From NCBI GenBank assembly GCA_902774345.1, contig CACYHZ010000004.1, forward strand, positions 16,307 through 48,306: a stretch of 32,000 bases of DNA, read 5' to 3'. The translations under genes were made by a program, and so were the position numbers. The notes beneath the pieces were generated by a model. That model was not told the origin of the DNA and searched no databases. It was given only the letters and a program-made list of their open reading frames with translations. Positions 1-8,688 of this stretch are shown here, in pieces; position 1 is the stretch's first letter; each line of letters begins with the position of its first letter. The stretch is from an uncultured Bacteroidia bacterium (GTDB taxonomy: Bacteria > Bacteroidota > Bacteroidia > Bacteroidales > UBA932).

Positions 1-59
1 TGGGCGAAAAGGCCCGTTGCAAGCAGTGTCGCGGCCAATACCGCTATGGATTTTTTCAT
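1..59 (-). CDS. N-terminal fragment (signal peptide) of a secreted or envelope protein continuing past the left edge
   Basis: ATG at 59..57 on the minus strand, then MKKSIAVLAATLLATGLFA(Q/H). This has a basic n-region and a hydrophobic h-region, typical of a Sec signal. Only 19 codons are visible, and it is absent from the ORF track because it is truncated. Confidence 0.35.
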   Translation of the reverse strand, partial: MKKSIAVLAATLLATGLFA

Positions 60-96
60 CTTCAACATATTTTGACAAATTTACAAAAAATCTGAT

Positions 97-104
97 TATA
101 TTTG
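97..104 (+). promoter_or_regulatory. Bacteroidetes-type -7 promoter box (TAnnTTTG) upstream of ftsE
   Basis: TATATTTG at 97..104, 20 nt before ATG 125. A TTTG (-33-like) sits at 71..74. The surrounding intergenic sequence is AT-rich. Confidence 0.4.
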
Positions 105-124
105 TAAGGTTTGAATCGAAAAAA

Positions 125-814
125 ATGGAACCTGTCATACATTTTAAAGGGGCCGATATCCTGAACGGCGAAAGCATCGTCCTGTACGGGCTGGATATGG
201 ACATTATGCCCGGCGATTTCGTCTATATCGTTGGCAAAGTCGGCAGTGGAAAAACTTCCATCATCCGCACCGTTACGGCCGAAAACCGCCTGCTCAAAGG
301 AGAAGGGGTAGCCTGTGGCTACAACCTGGTGGGCATCCGCTCGCGGGACATCCCCTACCTCCGCCGTTCGCTGGGCGTCGTGTTCCAGGATTTTCAGCTG
401 TTGACAGACCGCTCCGTGGAAGAGAACCTGGAGTTCGTGCTCCGGGCCACCGGCTGGAAAGACCGGGGCCTCATCGACGGCCGCATTTCCGATGTACTGG
501 ACGCCGTGGGCATGTCCACCAAGGCCCACAAGATGCCTCACCAGCTTTCCGGCGGCGAGCAGCAGCGTATCGCCATCGCCCGCGCCCTGCTGAATAAACC
601 CAAGGCCATTTTGGCCGATGAACCCACCGGCAACCTGGACGGCGAGACCGCCGACGAAATCCTGCAACTGCTGCTGGACCTGAACCGGGCCGGCACGGCC
701 ATCGTCATGGTCACCCACAACCGCGCCATCTTCGAAAAGTATCCCGGACGCGTCTTCACCTGTGAAAACGAGCGCTGCCAGGAGGTCTCGAACGAAGGCA
801 TCCACGTAGTATGA
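125..814 (+). CDS. ftsE: Cell division ABC ATP-binding protein FtsE-like
   Basis: Walker [13 protein letters not shown] signature LSGGEQQR, Walker B ILADEPT, H-loop VTHN. The stretch [18 protein letters not shown] is FtsE-like. The track ORF begins at TTG 17, and the first ATG (125, MEPVIHFKG) sits after the promoter box. About 229 aa. Confidence 0.85.
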   Translation: MEPVIHFKGADILNGESIVLYGLDMDIMPGDFVYIVGKVGSGKTSIIRTVTAENRLLKGEGVACGYNLVGIRSRDIPYLRRSLGVVFQDFQLLTDRSVEENLEFVLRATGWKDRGLIDGRISDVLDAVGMSTKAHKMPHQLSGGEQQRIAIARALLNKPKAILADEPTGNLDGETADEILQLLLDLNRAGTAIVMVTHNRAIFEKYPGRVFTCENERCQEVSNEGIHVV

Positions 815-1452
815 TGACCCGGAAGGAACGGTTCCGGAACATTATCGGCTGGTTTGCCCAAAACCAGCCTGTAGCCCAGTCTGAGCTCCATTTTGACAAC
901 CCCTATCAACTGCTGGTGGCGGTAATCCTGAGCGCCCAGTGCACCGACAAACGGGTGAACCTGGTAACACCGGCGCTGTTCCAGCGCTTCCCGACGTCGG
1001 AAACCCTCGCGGTCGCTTCCTTCGACGAAGTCTATCCCCTGGTCAAGAGCGTCTCCTACCCCAATGCCAAGGCCCGTCACCTGATTGCGATGGCCCGGAT
1101 GCTGCAGGATGATTTCGGAGGCGAAGTTCCCTCCGATATCGACGCGCTGATGACGCTTCCGGGCGTCGGGCGCAAAACGGCCAACGTCATCGCTTCCATC
1201 GTCTATGACAAGCCGGTGATTGCGGTGGATACGCACGTATTCCGGGTTTCCCACCGGCTGGGGCTTTCCGACGGCACCACGCCCTTTGCCGTAGAACAGG
1301 ATCTGGAGCGGCACATTCCGGTGCAGCAGCGCGCCATCGCCCACCACTGGCTCATCCTGCACGGCCGTTACGTCTGCACCGCCCGCGCACCCAAATGCAG
1401 CGAATGTCCCCTGGCAGCCTGGTGCCGGGAGTTCGCGACAAAAGCGCGCTAA
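811..1452 (+). CDS. nth: Endonuclease III (DNA-(apurinic or apyrimidinic site) lyase)
   Basis: HhH-GPD motif [12 protein letters not shown]-terminal 4Fe-4S cluster [17 protein letters not shown] (C-x6-C-x2-C-x5-C). The ATG overlaps the ftsE stop (ATGA). Confidence 0.93.
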   Translation: MMTRKERFRNIIGWFAQNQPVAQSELHFDNPYQLLVAVILSAQCTDKRVNLVTPALFQRFPTSETLAVASFDEVYPLVKSVSYPNAKARHLIAMARMLQDDFGGEVPSDIDALMTLPGVGRKTANVIASIVYDKPVIAVDTHVFRVSHRLGLSDGTTPFAVEQDLERHIPVQQRAIAHHWLILHGRYVCTARAPKCSECPLAAWCREFATKAR

Positions 1453-2639
1453 TCTTCCCGGCGCACCACCAGCAGCTGGTGCTTCTGCGCATCGGTTTTC
1501 ACACCGAAAAAGTGGATGTCGCCACCGGAGACAACCCCCAGTTTGGCGCGGAGCTGGTCCGAGGTCATCGGAAGATTCCGGGCAGTAACTTCGGCCCGGG
1601 GATACTTCTTCCCCATCTCTTTGACAGAACGATTGTTAAGGGGAACTACTTCAAGGATTTGATAAGACTTTCCGAAAGGCTTCAGCGCCTCCGGGACTTC
1701 CGCTCCCGTGTACAGGTGCGTATGCTGTTCCAGCTTCCGCAGACCATAGCGGCAGGGCAGGTCAAAAGCCCCCGCTTTCAGCAGCGCCTTTCCCGGTTCA
1801 AAAAGACAGTCCGTTCCATCAGTAGGATCGCAGCCAATACCCTCCCGAGCCTGGTCCAGGGAGAGGGTGGAACCCGATTCGGAAACGGTGATACCACAGG
1901 GCCCGGAATACCCCCGTTCCAGCAGGAGCAACAGCTCCTTACACTCCCCATCCGCCGCCACAACGTGTACTTCTTTCACAAAAGCCAACTGCTTGCAAAC
2001 AAGCGTAATATCGGCCATGGGTGAAAGTTTCAGTAAAAGTCGGGGGCAAGCAGCCAGAAGTTCCGGCAGGAGCTGCAGCACATCCGGCTGACAGTCCTCC
2101 AGTCGGAACACTTTGCGGCCGTCCGCCGCCCGCCGGGCCGGGTCCAGGAAAAGGATGTCCGGCTGGAAGTCCCCAAGGATGTCGGACAGGCCCTGCGGGA
2201 CAAGTTCAGCGTTCCGTACCAGGATGTTCCCCCGCTCCAATTCCCGGAAATTTTGCCGGGCGGCATCGGCCAGGACCGGCTGCATCTCATTGTACAGCAC
2301 CTCCTGGAACAGCCGTGAAAATGCCCAGCTGTCCACGCCCAGCCCGCCGGTCAGGTCCGCCAGCCGGGTGGCAGCACCTTCGCATGCGGTAAGCGCGACC
2401 GTAGCTTTGTAGCGGGCCGTTTCGGACGAAGAGCACTGCTCCCCCGAGAGCCGCAGCGGATAGCGGAGCGAGGGTACGGCGTACCACTCCGGTACCTTGG
2501 TCCGGAGCTTCCGGCGCACCTCCAGGGTAGTCAGGGCCAGGTCAAAATCATCGACCTGTCCGGTATAGCGGTCCCGGGCCAGGGCCAGCCGCCCCAGATC
2601 GTCCCCTTCGCGGGCCAATATGAATTCCGCAAAATCCAT
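1449..2639 (-). CDS. Class I SAM-dependent methyltransferase with THUMP-like C-terminal domain
   Basis: SAM motif [16 protein letters not shown]. About 396 aa measured from ATG 2639 ([14 protein letters not shown]). The track start at 2744 would run through the divergent promoter region. I recognise this as a conserved Bacteroidales family. Confidence 0.7.
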   Translation of the reverse strand: MDFAEFILAREGDDLGRLALARDRYTGQVDDFDLALTTLEVRRKLRTKVPEWYAVPSLRYPLRLSGEQCSSSETARYKATVALTACEGAATRLADLTGGLGVDSWAFSRLFQEVLYNEMQPVLADAARQNFRELERGNILVRNAELVPQGLSDILGDFQPDILFLDPARRAADGRKVFRLEDCQPDVLQLLPELLAACPRLLLKLSPMADITLVCKQLAFVKEVHVVAADGECKELLLLLERGYSGPCGITVSESGSTLSLDQAREGIGCDPTDGTDCLFEPGKALLKAGAFDLPCRYGLRKLEQHTHLYTGAEVPEALKPFGKSYQILEVVPLNNRSVKEMGKKYPRAEVTARNLPMTSDQLRAKLGVVSGGDIHFFGVKTDAQKHQLLVVRRED

Positions 2640-2643
2640 ATTG

Positions 2644-2651
2644 CAAAAGTA
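2644..2651 (-). promoter_or_regulatory. -7 promoter box TACTTTTG for the methyltransferase gene
   Basis: The minus strand reads TACTTTTG-CAAT-ATG, so the box ends 4 nt before start codon 2639. Confidence 0.35.
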
Positions 2652-2663
2652 CTGATTATTATT

Positions 2664-2671
2664 TAATTTTG
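2664..2671 (+). promoter_or_regulatory. -7 promoter box TAATTTTG for the phosphohexomutase gene
   Basis: TAATTTTG matches TAnnTTTG and lies 48 nt upstream of ATG 2720, in an AT-rich divergent intergenic region. Confidence 0.4.
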
Positions 2672-2719
2672 TACGGATATATTGTCCACAACCAAGTACA
2701 AACACTAAAACGAAACGAT

Positions 2720-4384
2720 ATGAAAGATTACAAACAAGTGGCACAGAGCTGGCTGGACGGCAACTTTGACGCCGAAACCAAGGCCGAAGTCAAACAGCTG
2801 ATGGAAAGCGATCCCGTTGCACTGGAGGATGCCTTCTACCGCAATCTGGAATTCGGCACCGGCGGCCTGCGCGGCACGATGGGCGTCGGCACCAACCGGA
2901 TGAACAAGTACACGGTGGGCATGGCCACCCAGGGCCTGGCCAACTACATCAAGGCCCACGTCCCAGGACCCAAGAGCGCCTGCATCGCCCATGACAGCCG
3001 CAACAACTCCCGCCTCTTCGCCGAAATTTCGGCCGAAGTGCTGAGCAACAACGGCATCAAGGTGTATCTGTTCGAAGACCTGCGTCCCACCCCGGAACTC
3101 AGTTACAGCATCCGCCTCAAGAAAGCCACCGCGGGTATCATGGTCACCGCCAGCCACAACCCCAAGGAATATAACGGCTACAAGGTATTCTGGAGCGACG
3201 GCGGCCAGATCACCGCTCCCGTGGACAAGGATATCGTGAACGAAGTGGGCAAGATCGAAGATCCTTCCCAGGTTTGCTTCCAGCCCGTTCCCGGACAGGA
3301 AAAGGCCCCCATCGAAATCATGGGACAGGAAGTGGACGAATGCTACCTCAAGGATCAGCTTTCCCTGATGCTTTCCCCGGAAGCCGTGAAAAAGCATGCC
3401 GACCTTAAAATCGTCTATACCCCCCTCCACGGCTGCGGCGTACGCCTGATGCCCGAAGCCCTGAAACGCATCGGCTTCCAAAATATCATCCACGTGCCGG
3501 CACAGGAAGTTCCGGACGGCAACTTCCCCACCGTGGCCTCCCCCAACCCGGAAGAGCCCGCCGCCATGAAGATGGCCCTGGACAAGGCCGATGAAACCGG
3601 CGCCGACCTGGTGCTGGCCACCGACCCGGATGCCGACCGCCTGGGCATCGCCGTGCGTGACGACGCCGGCAAGATGGTCCAACTCACCGGCAACCAGACC
3701 TGGAGCTTCCTCACTTACTACATCCTGACCCGCTGGAAGGAGCTGGGCAAGCTCAGCGGAGGTCAGTACTGCGTGAAGACCATCGTAACCAGCGAGCTGA
3801 TCGCCGCCATCTGCGAAAGCTTCGGCGTCAAGTGCTACAACGTGCTCACCGGCTTCAAGTACATCGCCGAAATCCAGAAGCAGCAGGAAGGCAAGACCCA
3901 GTTCATCTGCGGCGGCGAGGAAAGCTATGGCTTCAATCTGGGCGAGTTCGTACGCGACAAGTGCGCCCAGGTGGCCGGTTGCGCCGTGGCCGAATGTGCA
4001 GCCTGGGCCGCCGAACAGGGGATGAGCCTGTGGCAGCTGCTCCAGAAAGTGTACAAGGAGTACGGCCTGTACGTAGAAAAGATGGTGTACATCGTTCGCA
4101 AAGGCAAATCCGGCGCTGAGGAGATCCAGAAGATCATGGCCGATTACCGCGCCACGCCGCCGCAGGTGATCGCCGGCAGCCCGCTGGCCAAGGTCATCGA
4201 CTACAACAAGCCTGAGGAGACCGGCCTGCCCAAGAGCAATGTGCTGCAGTTCTTCAACCAGGCCGGCGACGTGGTCACCGTACGTCCTTCCGGCACCGAA
4301 CCCAAGATCAAGTTCTACTTTGGCGCCAAGGGCGCTGATGCCCCCGCCAAGATCGAACAGTTGAAAGCCCAGTTCATCAGCTAG
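2720..4384 (+). CDS. Phosphoglucomutase/phosphomannomutase (alpha-D-phosphohexomutase family, PgcA-like)
   Basis: Catalytic Ser loop TASHNPKEYNGYK, Mg loop ATDPDADRLG, sugar loop GGEESYGF, phosphate loop RPSGTEPKIKFY. The start was taken at ATG 2720 (MKDYKQVAQSWL). Confidence 0.93.
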   Translation: MKDYKQVAQSWLDGNFDAETKAEVKQLMESDPVALEDAFYRNLEFGTGGLRGTMGVGTNRMNKYTVGMATQGLANYIKAHVPGPKSACIAHDSRNNSRLFAEISAEVLSNNGIKVYLFEDLRPTPELSYSIRLKKATAGIMVTASHNPKEYNGYKVFWSDGGQITAPVDKDIVNEVGKIEDPSQVCFQPVPGQEKAPIEIMGQEVDECYLKDQLSLMLSPEAVKKHADLKIVYTPLHGCGVRLMPEALKRIGFQNIIHVPAQEVPDGNFPTVASPNPEEPAAMKMALDKADETGADLVLATDPDADRLGIAVRDDAGKMVQLTGNQTWSFLTYYILTRWKELGKLSGGQYCVKTIVTSELIAAICESFGVKCYNVLTGFKYIAEIQKQQEGKTQFICGGEESYGFNLGEFVRDKCAQVAGCAVAECAAWAAEQGMSLWQLLQKVYKEYGLYVEKMVYIVRKGKSGAEEIQKIMADYRATPPQVIAGSPLAKVIDYNKPEETGLPKSNVLQFFNQAGDVVTVRPSGTEPKIKFYFGAKGADAPAKIEQLKAQFIS

Positions 4385-5607
4385 CGGACGGACGCCGCAG
4401 CGATGGACGCAATGGTGGAACGCAGACGGGAAACGGAACCTTCGTCATAGGGGTGCACCCGATGGGCCAGGATTATCACCGCCATGTCGGTGTCCGGGTC
4501 CAGGAGGATGGAGGTTCCGGTGTATCCCGTATGACCGCGGGTATTGCGGACTTCAAAGATATCGCCGCTGGTATAAGGCGCCGTATAATACGTATCCCAG
4601 CCTAAGGCGCGGGCCACTTCGTAGGCGTTGTCGGCGGGCACCTCGAACATTTTCCTTACCGTCTGCGGCGCCAGGATGCGCCGCCCGTTCCACGCTCCAT
4701 CATTCAGGAGCGCCGCACAGATGACGGCCAGATCCTCCACTGAGGAGAACAGCCCGGCGTTGCCGGAATTTCCCCTGTTGATGATCCGGGCGATGGGATC
4801 GTGCACCTGCGCCACCAGCACGCTGCCATCCTCCTGCACCTGGGTGGGAGCGCACAGGGCGGCCAGGTCCGGCCGCACCGCATCTCCGTCCAGCGGAAAA
4901 TAAGTGGTATGCTCCAGGCCCAGCACATCGAAAACGTGCGCCTTCGCATAATCACACAGCCGCTGCCCGGTAACCTTTTCCAGAATAGCTTGTAAGGTAA
5001 TGAAATTCAAGCAGCTATAGAGCTGCTGGGTACCCGGTTTAAAGTTCCGGCCCGCCTCTGTGGCGATGTAGCGCACCAGGCTGTCCGGCGTGCCGGCGCC
5101 ATAGCGCTCCACATAGTCCGGAACGCTGCTCAGATAAGCGTCCAGGCCTGAGGAATGCGTGAGCAGGTCCTGCACCGTGATGGCATCCGGCCGGCCGGTC
5201 TCGGGGTCCACCCAAGGCAGAAAACCGGGGATATAAGTACTTACCGGATCCACCAGGCGCACCTGCCCCCGTTCCACCAGCTGCATCATGCAGATTGTCG
5301 TACCCACACATTTGGAAAGGGAGGCCAGGTCGAAAAGGCTTTCCACCGTGAGGCTGTCCTCCTGCGGGTACACGGACTTCAGGCCGAATGCCTTCTCATA
5401 TGCCAGCTGGCCGTGACGGACGACGCCCACCACGGCACCGGGAATATCACCGGAGCGGATGGAGGCGTTTACCGTGCTGTCTATCAACGACAAATGCCGG
5501 GCATCCAGCCCTACCCTGTCCGGAGTTACCCGACGGATGCCCTGCTGCGGCACCGGATGGCAGGCCGCCAGGCATACGGCAGTCAAAATAAGCAGTATCC
5601 TTTTCAT
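4381..5607 (-). CDS. Beta-lactamase-fold serine hydrolase, lipoprotein
   Basis: Signal peptide with lipobox MKRILLILTAVCLAAC. SxxK motif in LASLSKCVGTT. The length and overall pattern fit the class C / esterase-like serine hydrolase family. Confidence 0.8.
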   Translation of the reverse strand: MKRILLILTAVCLAACHPVPQQGIRRVTPDRVGLDARHLSLIDSTVNASIRSGDIPGAVVGVVRHGQLAYEKAFGLKSVYPQEDSLTVESLFDLASLSKCVGTTICMMQLVERGQVRLVDPVSTYIPGFLPWVDPETGRPDAITVQDLLTHSSGLDAYLSSVPDYVERYGAGTPDSLVRYIATEAGRNFKPGTQQLYSCLNFITLQAILEKVTGQRLCDYAKAHVFDVLGLEHTTYFPLDGDAVRPDLAALCAPTQVQEDGSVLVAQVHDPIARIINRGNSGNAGLFSSVEDLAVICAALLNDGAWNGRRILAPQTVRKMFEVPADNAYEVARALGWDTYYTAPYTSGDIFEVRNTRGHTGYTGTSILLDPDTDMAVIILAHRVHPYDEGSVSRLRSTIASIAAASVR

Positions 5608-5611
5608 GTAA

Positions 5612-5619
5612 CAAATATA
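5612..5619 (-). promoter_or_regulatory. -7 promoter box TATATTTG for the serine hydrolase gene
   Basis: The minus strand reads TATATTTG-TTAC-ATG, so the box ends 4 nt before start codon 5607. Confidence 0.35.
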
Positions 5620-5642
5620 GCACTTTTATCAGTTTTATTTGC

Positions 5643-5650
5643 TATATTTG
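5643..5650 (+). promoter_or_regulatory. -7 promoter box TATATTTG for the V-ATPase operon
   Basis: TATATTTG lies 34 nt upstream of ATG 5685, in an AT-rich gap preceding seven co-oriented, tightly spaced genes. Confidence 0.45.
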
Positions 5651-5684
5651 CGAAATTGGAAAACACTGAAAATTCACACAAAAT

Positions 5685-6287
5685 ATGGACAAACTCCAGG
5701 AACTGACCCAGAAGTTGTACAACGAGGGTCTTGCAAAAGGAAAGGAAGCCGGCGAGGCCATCCTGGCCAAAGCCCAGGCCGAGGCAGAAGCCATTGTGAA
5801 ACAAGCCCGGGAGCAGGCTGACGCCCTTGTGGAACAGGCCCGCAAGGAAGCCCAGGACTACAAGACCAAGGTGGAAGGCGACGTGACGATGGCCGCCACC
5901 CAGGCGGTCCAGGCTACCCGCTCGGACATTGAGAACCTGATTATCGCCAAGGCCGTGGATGCGCCCGTGAAGGACGCCCTGGGATCGGCCGCTTTCCTGA
6001 AAGAGATTATCAGCGTCGTCGCCCAGCGTTTCAGCGCGCAGGAATCGGCCGACCTGTCCCTGGTCCTCCCCGAAAAGATGCAGAAGGAGCTGGAGCCCTT
6101 CATCCAGGGCGAATTAGCCAAGACCATCGGCAAGGGCGTAGAAGCCAGCTTCTCCAAGAAAGTCGCCGGCGGCTTTAAGATCGGCCCGAAAGACGGCAGT
6201 TATTTCATCAGCCTCACGGACGAGAGTTTCCAGGCCCTCATCGGCGAATACCTGCGTCCCGCCACCAAGAAAATTCTGTTTGGATGA
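5685..6287 (+). CDS. atpE: V-type ATP synthase subunit E
   Basis: 200 aa. The N-terminal half is an A/E/K-rich long helix (LAKGKEAGEAILAKAQAEAEAIVKQAREQADALVEQARKEAQ) and the C-terminal half is globular. It is the first gene of the V-ATPase operon. Confidence 0.8.
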   Translation: MDKLQELTQKLYNEGLAKGKEAGEAILAKAQAEAEAIVKQAREQADALVEQARKEAQDYKTKVEGDVTMAATQAVQATRSDIENLIIAKAVDAPVKDALGSAAFLKEIISVVAQRFSAQESADLSLVLPEKMQKELEPFIQGELAKTIGKGVEASFSKKVAGGFKIGPKDGSYFISLTDESFQALIGEYLRPATKKILFG

Positions 6288-6925
6288 GCAATTTCGAGTA
6301 TATCATCTCCTCTCTCCCCTATCTCACGGCGGATTTCAAATATGCCGACGGCCAGGGGTTCCAGAGCCTGATGGACGAAATCCGGGAAAGCCTCAGCGAG
6401 AAGGACAGCCAGGTGCTGGACTTCTTCCTTAAAAGCTTCGACCCCGATACCCTGGGGCCCGATTTCTATGCCCAGGCACTGGAACATCCCATTCCGTTCA
6501 TCCGGGAATTCTTCCGCTTCGACCTGAACCTGCGCAATGCCAAGGTGCGCTTCCTGAACCGGGAACTGGGCCGTGGGGAAAACCAGGATGTCGTCAGCGG
6601 ACTGGGAGGTCCGGAGGACGAAGGACTGGACATCGACGGCTACCGTTTCCGCGGCGGAGAGTTCGAAGAGGCCCGCAAGGTGGATGAAGCCCTGTCCCAG
6701 AGCGACCTTCTTTCCCGGGAGAGAGCCCTGGACGATATCAACTGGAGCAAGATCGACGATCTGTCCACCTTCCATTACTTCGACATCACGGCCGTCCTGG
6801 CCTACGTGGCCAAGCTGCACATCGTGAACCGCTGGCTGGCTCTGGACGAGGACAAGGGCCGGGAGTTGTTCAAGAAGCTGGTGAACGAAGTCCGGGGGAC
6901 GTTTAAAGGGGTACAATTTGAATAA
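6284..6925 (+). CDS. DUF2764 family protein (V-ATPase operon-associated)
   Basis: 213 aa. The ATG overlaps the atpE stop (ATGA). It occupies the conserved position between the E and A subunits, as in other Bacteroidales V-ATPase operons. The family assignment is from memory of that operon architecture. Confidence 0.65.
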   Translation: MSNFEYIISSLPYLTADFKYADGQGFQSLMDEIRESLSEKDSQVLDFFLKSFDPDTLGPDFYAQALEHPIPFIREFFRFDLNLRNAKVRFLNRELGRGENQDVVSGLGGPEDEGLDIDGYRFRGGEFEEARKVDEALSQSDLLSRERALDDINWSKIDDLSTFHYFDITAVLAYVAKLHIVNRWLALDEDKGRELFKKLVNEVRGTFKGVQFE

Positions 6926-6942
6926 TGTAAACATTGTAGATA

Positions 6943-8685
6943 ATGAAAACCAAAGGAATTGTGACCGGTATCGTGTCCAACCTCGTAACGGTGGAGGTGG
7001 ACGGACCGGTTGCCGAAAATGAGATCTGCTACATTGACCTGCAAGGCGTAAAAATGATGGCAGAGGTCATCAAGGTGAACGGCAAGACCGCCTCCGTCCA
7101 GGTGTTCGAGAGCACGCGCGGCCTGCGCGGCGGCGACACCGTAGAGTTCGAAGGCCGGATGCTGGAGGTCACCCTGGGGCCAGGCCTGCTGTCCAGCGTG
7201 TACGACGGTCTGCAGAATGACCTCACCACCATGACGGGCGTGTTCCTCAAACGAGGCGAATACACCGACCCGCTGAACCACGAAAAGACCTGGGACTTCA
7301 CCCCGCTGGCCCAGGCCGGCGACCGTGTGGCGGCCGCCGACTGGCTGGGCGAAGTAAAGGAAGGCTGGCTGCCCCACAAGATCATGGTCCCCTTCTCCTT
7401 CCAGGGCGAATTTACCGTGAAGCGCATCAGCCCCGCCGGTGCCTATAACATCGACACCGTCATCGCCGTCCTGACCAATGCCGAAGGGGAAGACGTGAAT
7501 GTGACCATGACCCAGAAATGGCCCGTGAAGGTGGCCATCAAGGGCTATCGGGAAAAACCGCGTCCCAACCGCATCATGGAAACGGGCGTACGCGTGATCG
7601 ACACCATGAACCCCATCGCCGAAGGCGGCACCGGTTTCATCCCCGGACCTTTCGGCTGCGGCAAGACCGTGCTGCAGCACGCCATCGCCAAGCAGGGCGA
7701 CGCCGACGTCATCGTGATGGCCGCCTGCGGTGAACGTGCCAACGAGGTAGTGGAAATCTTCACCGAATTCCCGGAGCTCATCGACCCGCATACCGGACGT
7801 CACCTGATGGAGCGTACCACCATCATCTGCAACACCTCCAATATGCCCGTGGCCGCGCGTGAAGCCTCCGTGTACACCGCGATGACCATCTGCGAATATT
7901 ACCGGGCGATGGGCCTGAAGTGCCTGCTGCTGGCCGACTCCACCTCCCGCTGGGCCCAGGCCCTCCGTGAGATGAGTAACCGTATGGAGGAACTGCCGGG
8001 TGCCGACGCATTCCCGGTGGACCTTTCGGCCATCATTTCCAATTTCTACTCCCGCGCAGGCATGGTGGTGCTGAACAACGGACAGACCGGCGCCGTCACC
8101 TTCATCGGCACGGTATCCCCTGCCGGCGGTAACCTCAAAGAGCCCGTGACCGAGAGCACCAAGAAGGCCGCCCGCTGCTTCTACGCCCTGGAGCAGGGTC
8201 GCGCCGACCAGAAGCGCTATCCCGCCGTGGGTCCCCTGGAGTCCTATTCCAAGTATCTGGACTATCCCGAAATCAAGCAGTACCTGGACGAGACCGTGGA
8301 GAAAGGCTGGGTAGAGAAAGTGCTCAGCGCCAAGAACATCATCCGCCGCGGCAAGGAAGCCAGCGAGCAGATCAACATTCTGGGTGACGACGGCGTGCCC
8401 ATGAGCTACCACGTAAACTTCTGGAAATCAGAGCTGGTGGACTTCGTGATCCTGCAGCAGGACGCCTTCGACGCCATCGACGCCCTGTGCCCGCTGGAGC
8501 GTCAGCGCTTCATGCTGGACCTGGTGCTGGACATCTGCGCGAAGGACTACGAATTCGAAGACTTCGAACAGTGCCGCAGCTTCTTCAAGGACCTGATCAA
8601 CCAGCTGCGCCAGATGAACTACTCCGCCTACGAAAGCGAGCAGTTCTGGGCCTATAATGAATCCGTTAAGAAAATGACCGCTTAG
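6943..8685 (+). CDS. atpA: V-type ATP synthase catalytic subunit A
   Basis: Walker A GPFGCGKT and Walker B region LLLADSTSRWAQALRE. 580 aa, including the non-homologous insert typical of A subunits. Confidence 0.96.
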   Translation: MKTKGIVTGIVSNLVTVEVDGPVAENEICYIDLQGVKMMAEVIKVNGKTASVQVFESTRGLRGGDTVEFEGRMLEVTLGPGLLSSVYDGLQNDLTTMTGVFLKRGEYTDPLNHEKTWDFTPLAQAGDRVAAADWLGEVKEGWLPHKIMVPFSFQGEFTVKRISPAGAYNIDTVIAVLTNAEGEDVNVTMTQKWPVKVAIKGYREKPRPNRIMETGVRVIDTMNPIAEGGTGFIPGPFGCGKTVLQHAIAKQGDADVIVMAACGERANEVVEIFTEFPELIDPHTGRHLMERTTIICNTSNMPVAAREASVYTAMTICEYYRAMGLKCLLLADSTSRWAQALREMSNRMEELPGADAFPVDLSAIISNFYSRAGMVVLNNGQTGAVTFIGTVSPAGGNLKEPVTESTKKAARCFYALEQGRADQKRYPAVGPLESYSKYLDYPEIKQYLDETVEKGWVEKVLSAKNIIRRGKEASEQINILGDDGVPMSYHVNFWKSELVDFVILQQDAFDAIDALCPLERQRFMLDLVLDICAKDYEFEDFEQCRSFFKDLINQLRQMNYSAYESEQFWAYNESVKKMTA

Positions 8686-8688
8686 ATT

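Noticed and set aside
17-124. N-terminal extensions offered by the ORF track (here and at 2640..2744, 2669..2719, 12896..12937, 13617..13703, 18905..18967, 20097..20132, 22600..22617, 23537..23572, 31437..31472)
   Set aside because: Where I read the codon itself (17, 22617) the extended start is TTG rather than ATG; the other extended starts were not read. All of them run through AT-rich promoter regions, terminator hairpins or the neighbouring gene. In each case the first internal ATG gives a family-typical N-terminus.
6802-8412. 536-aa minus-strand ORF antisense to V-ATPase subunit A
   Set aside because: The same antisense-artefact composition. The plus-strand A subunit is unambiguous.
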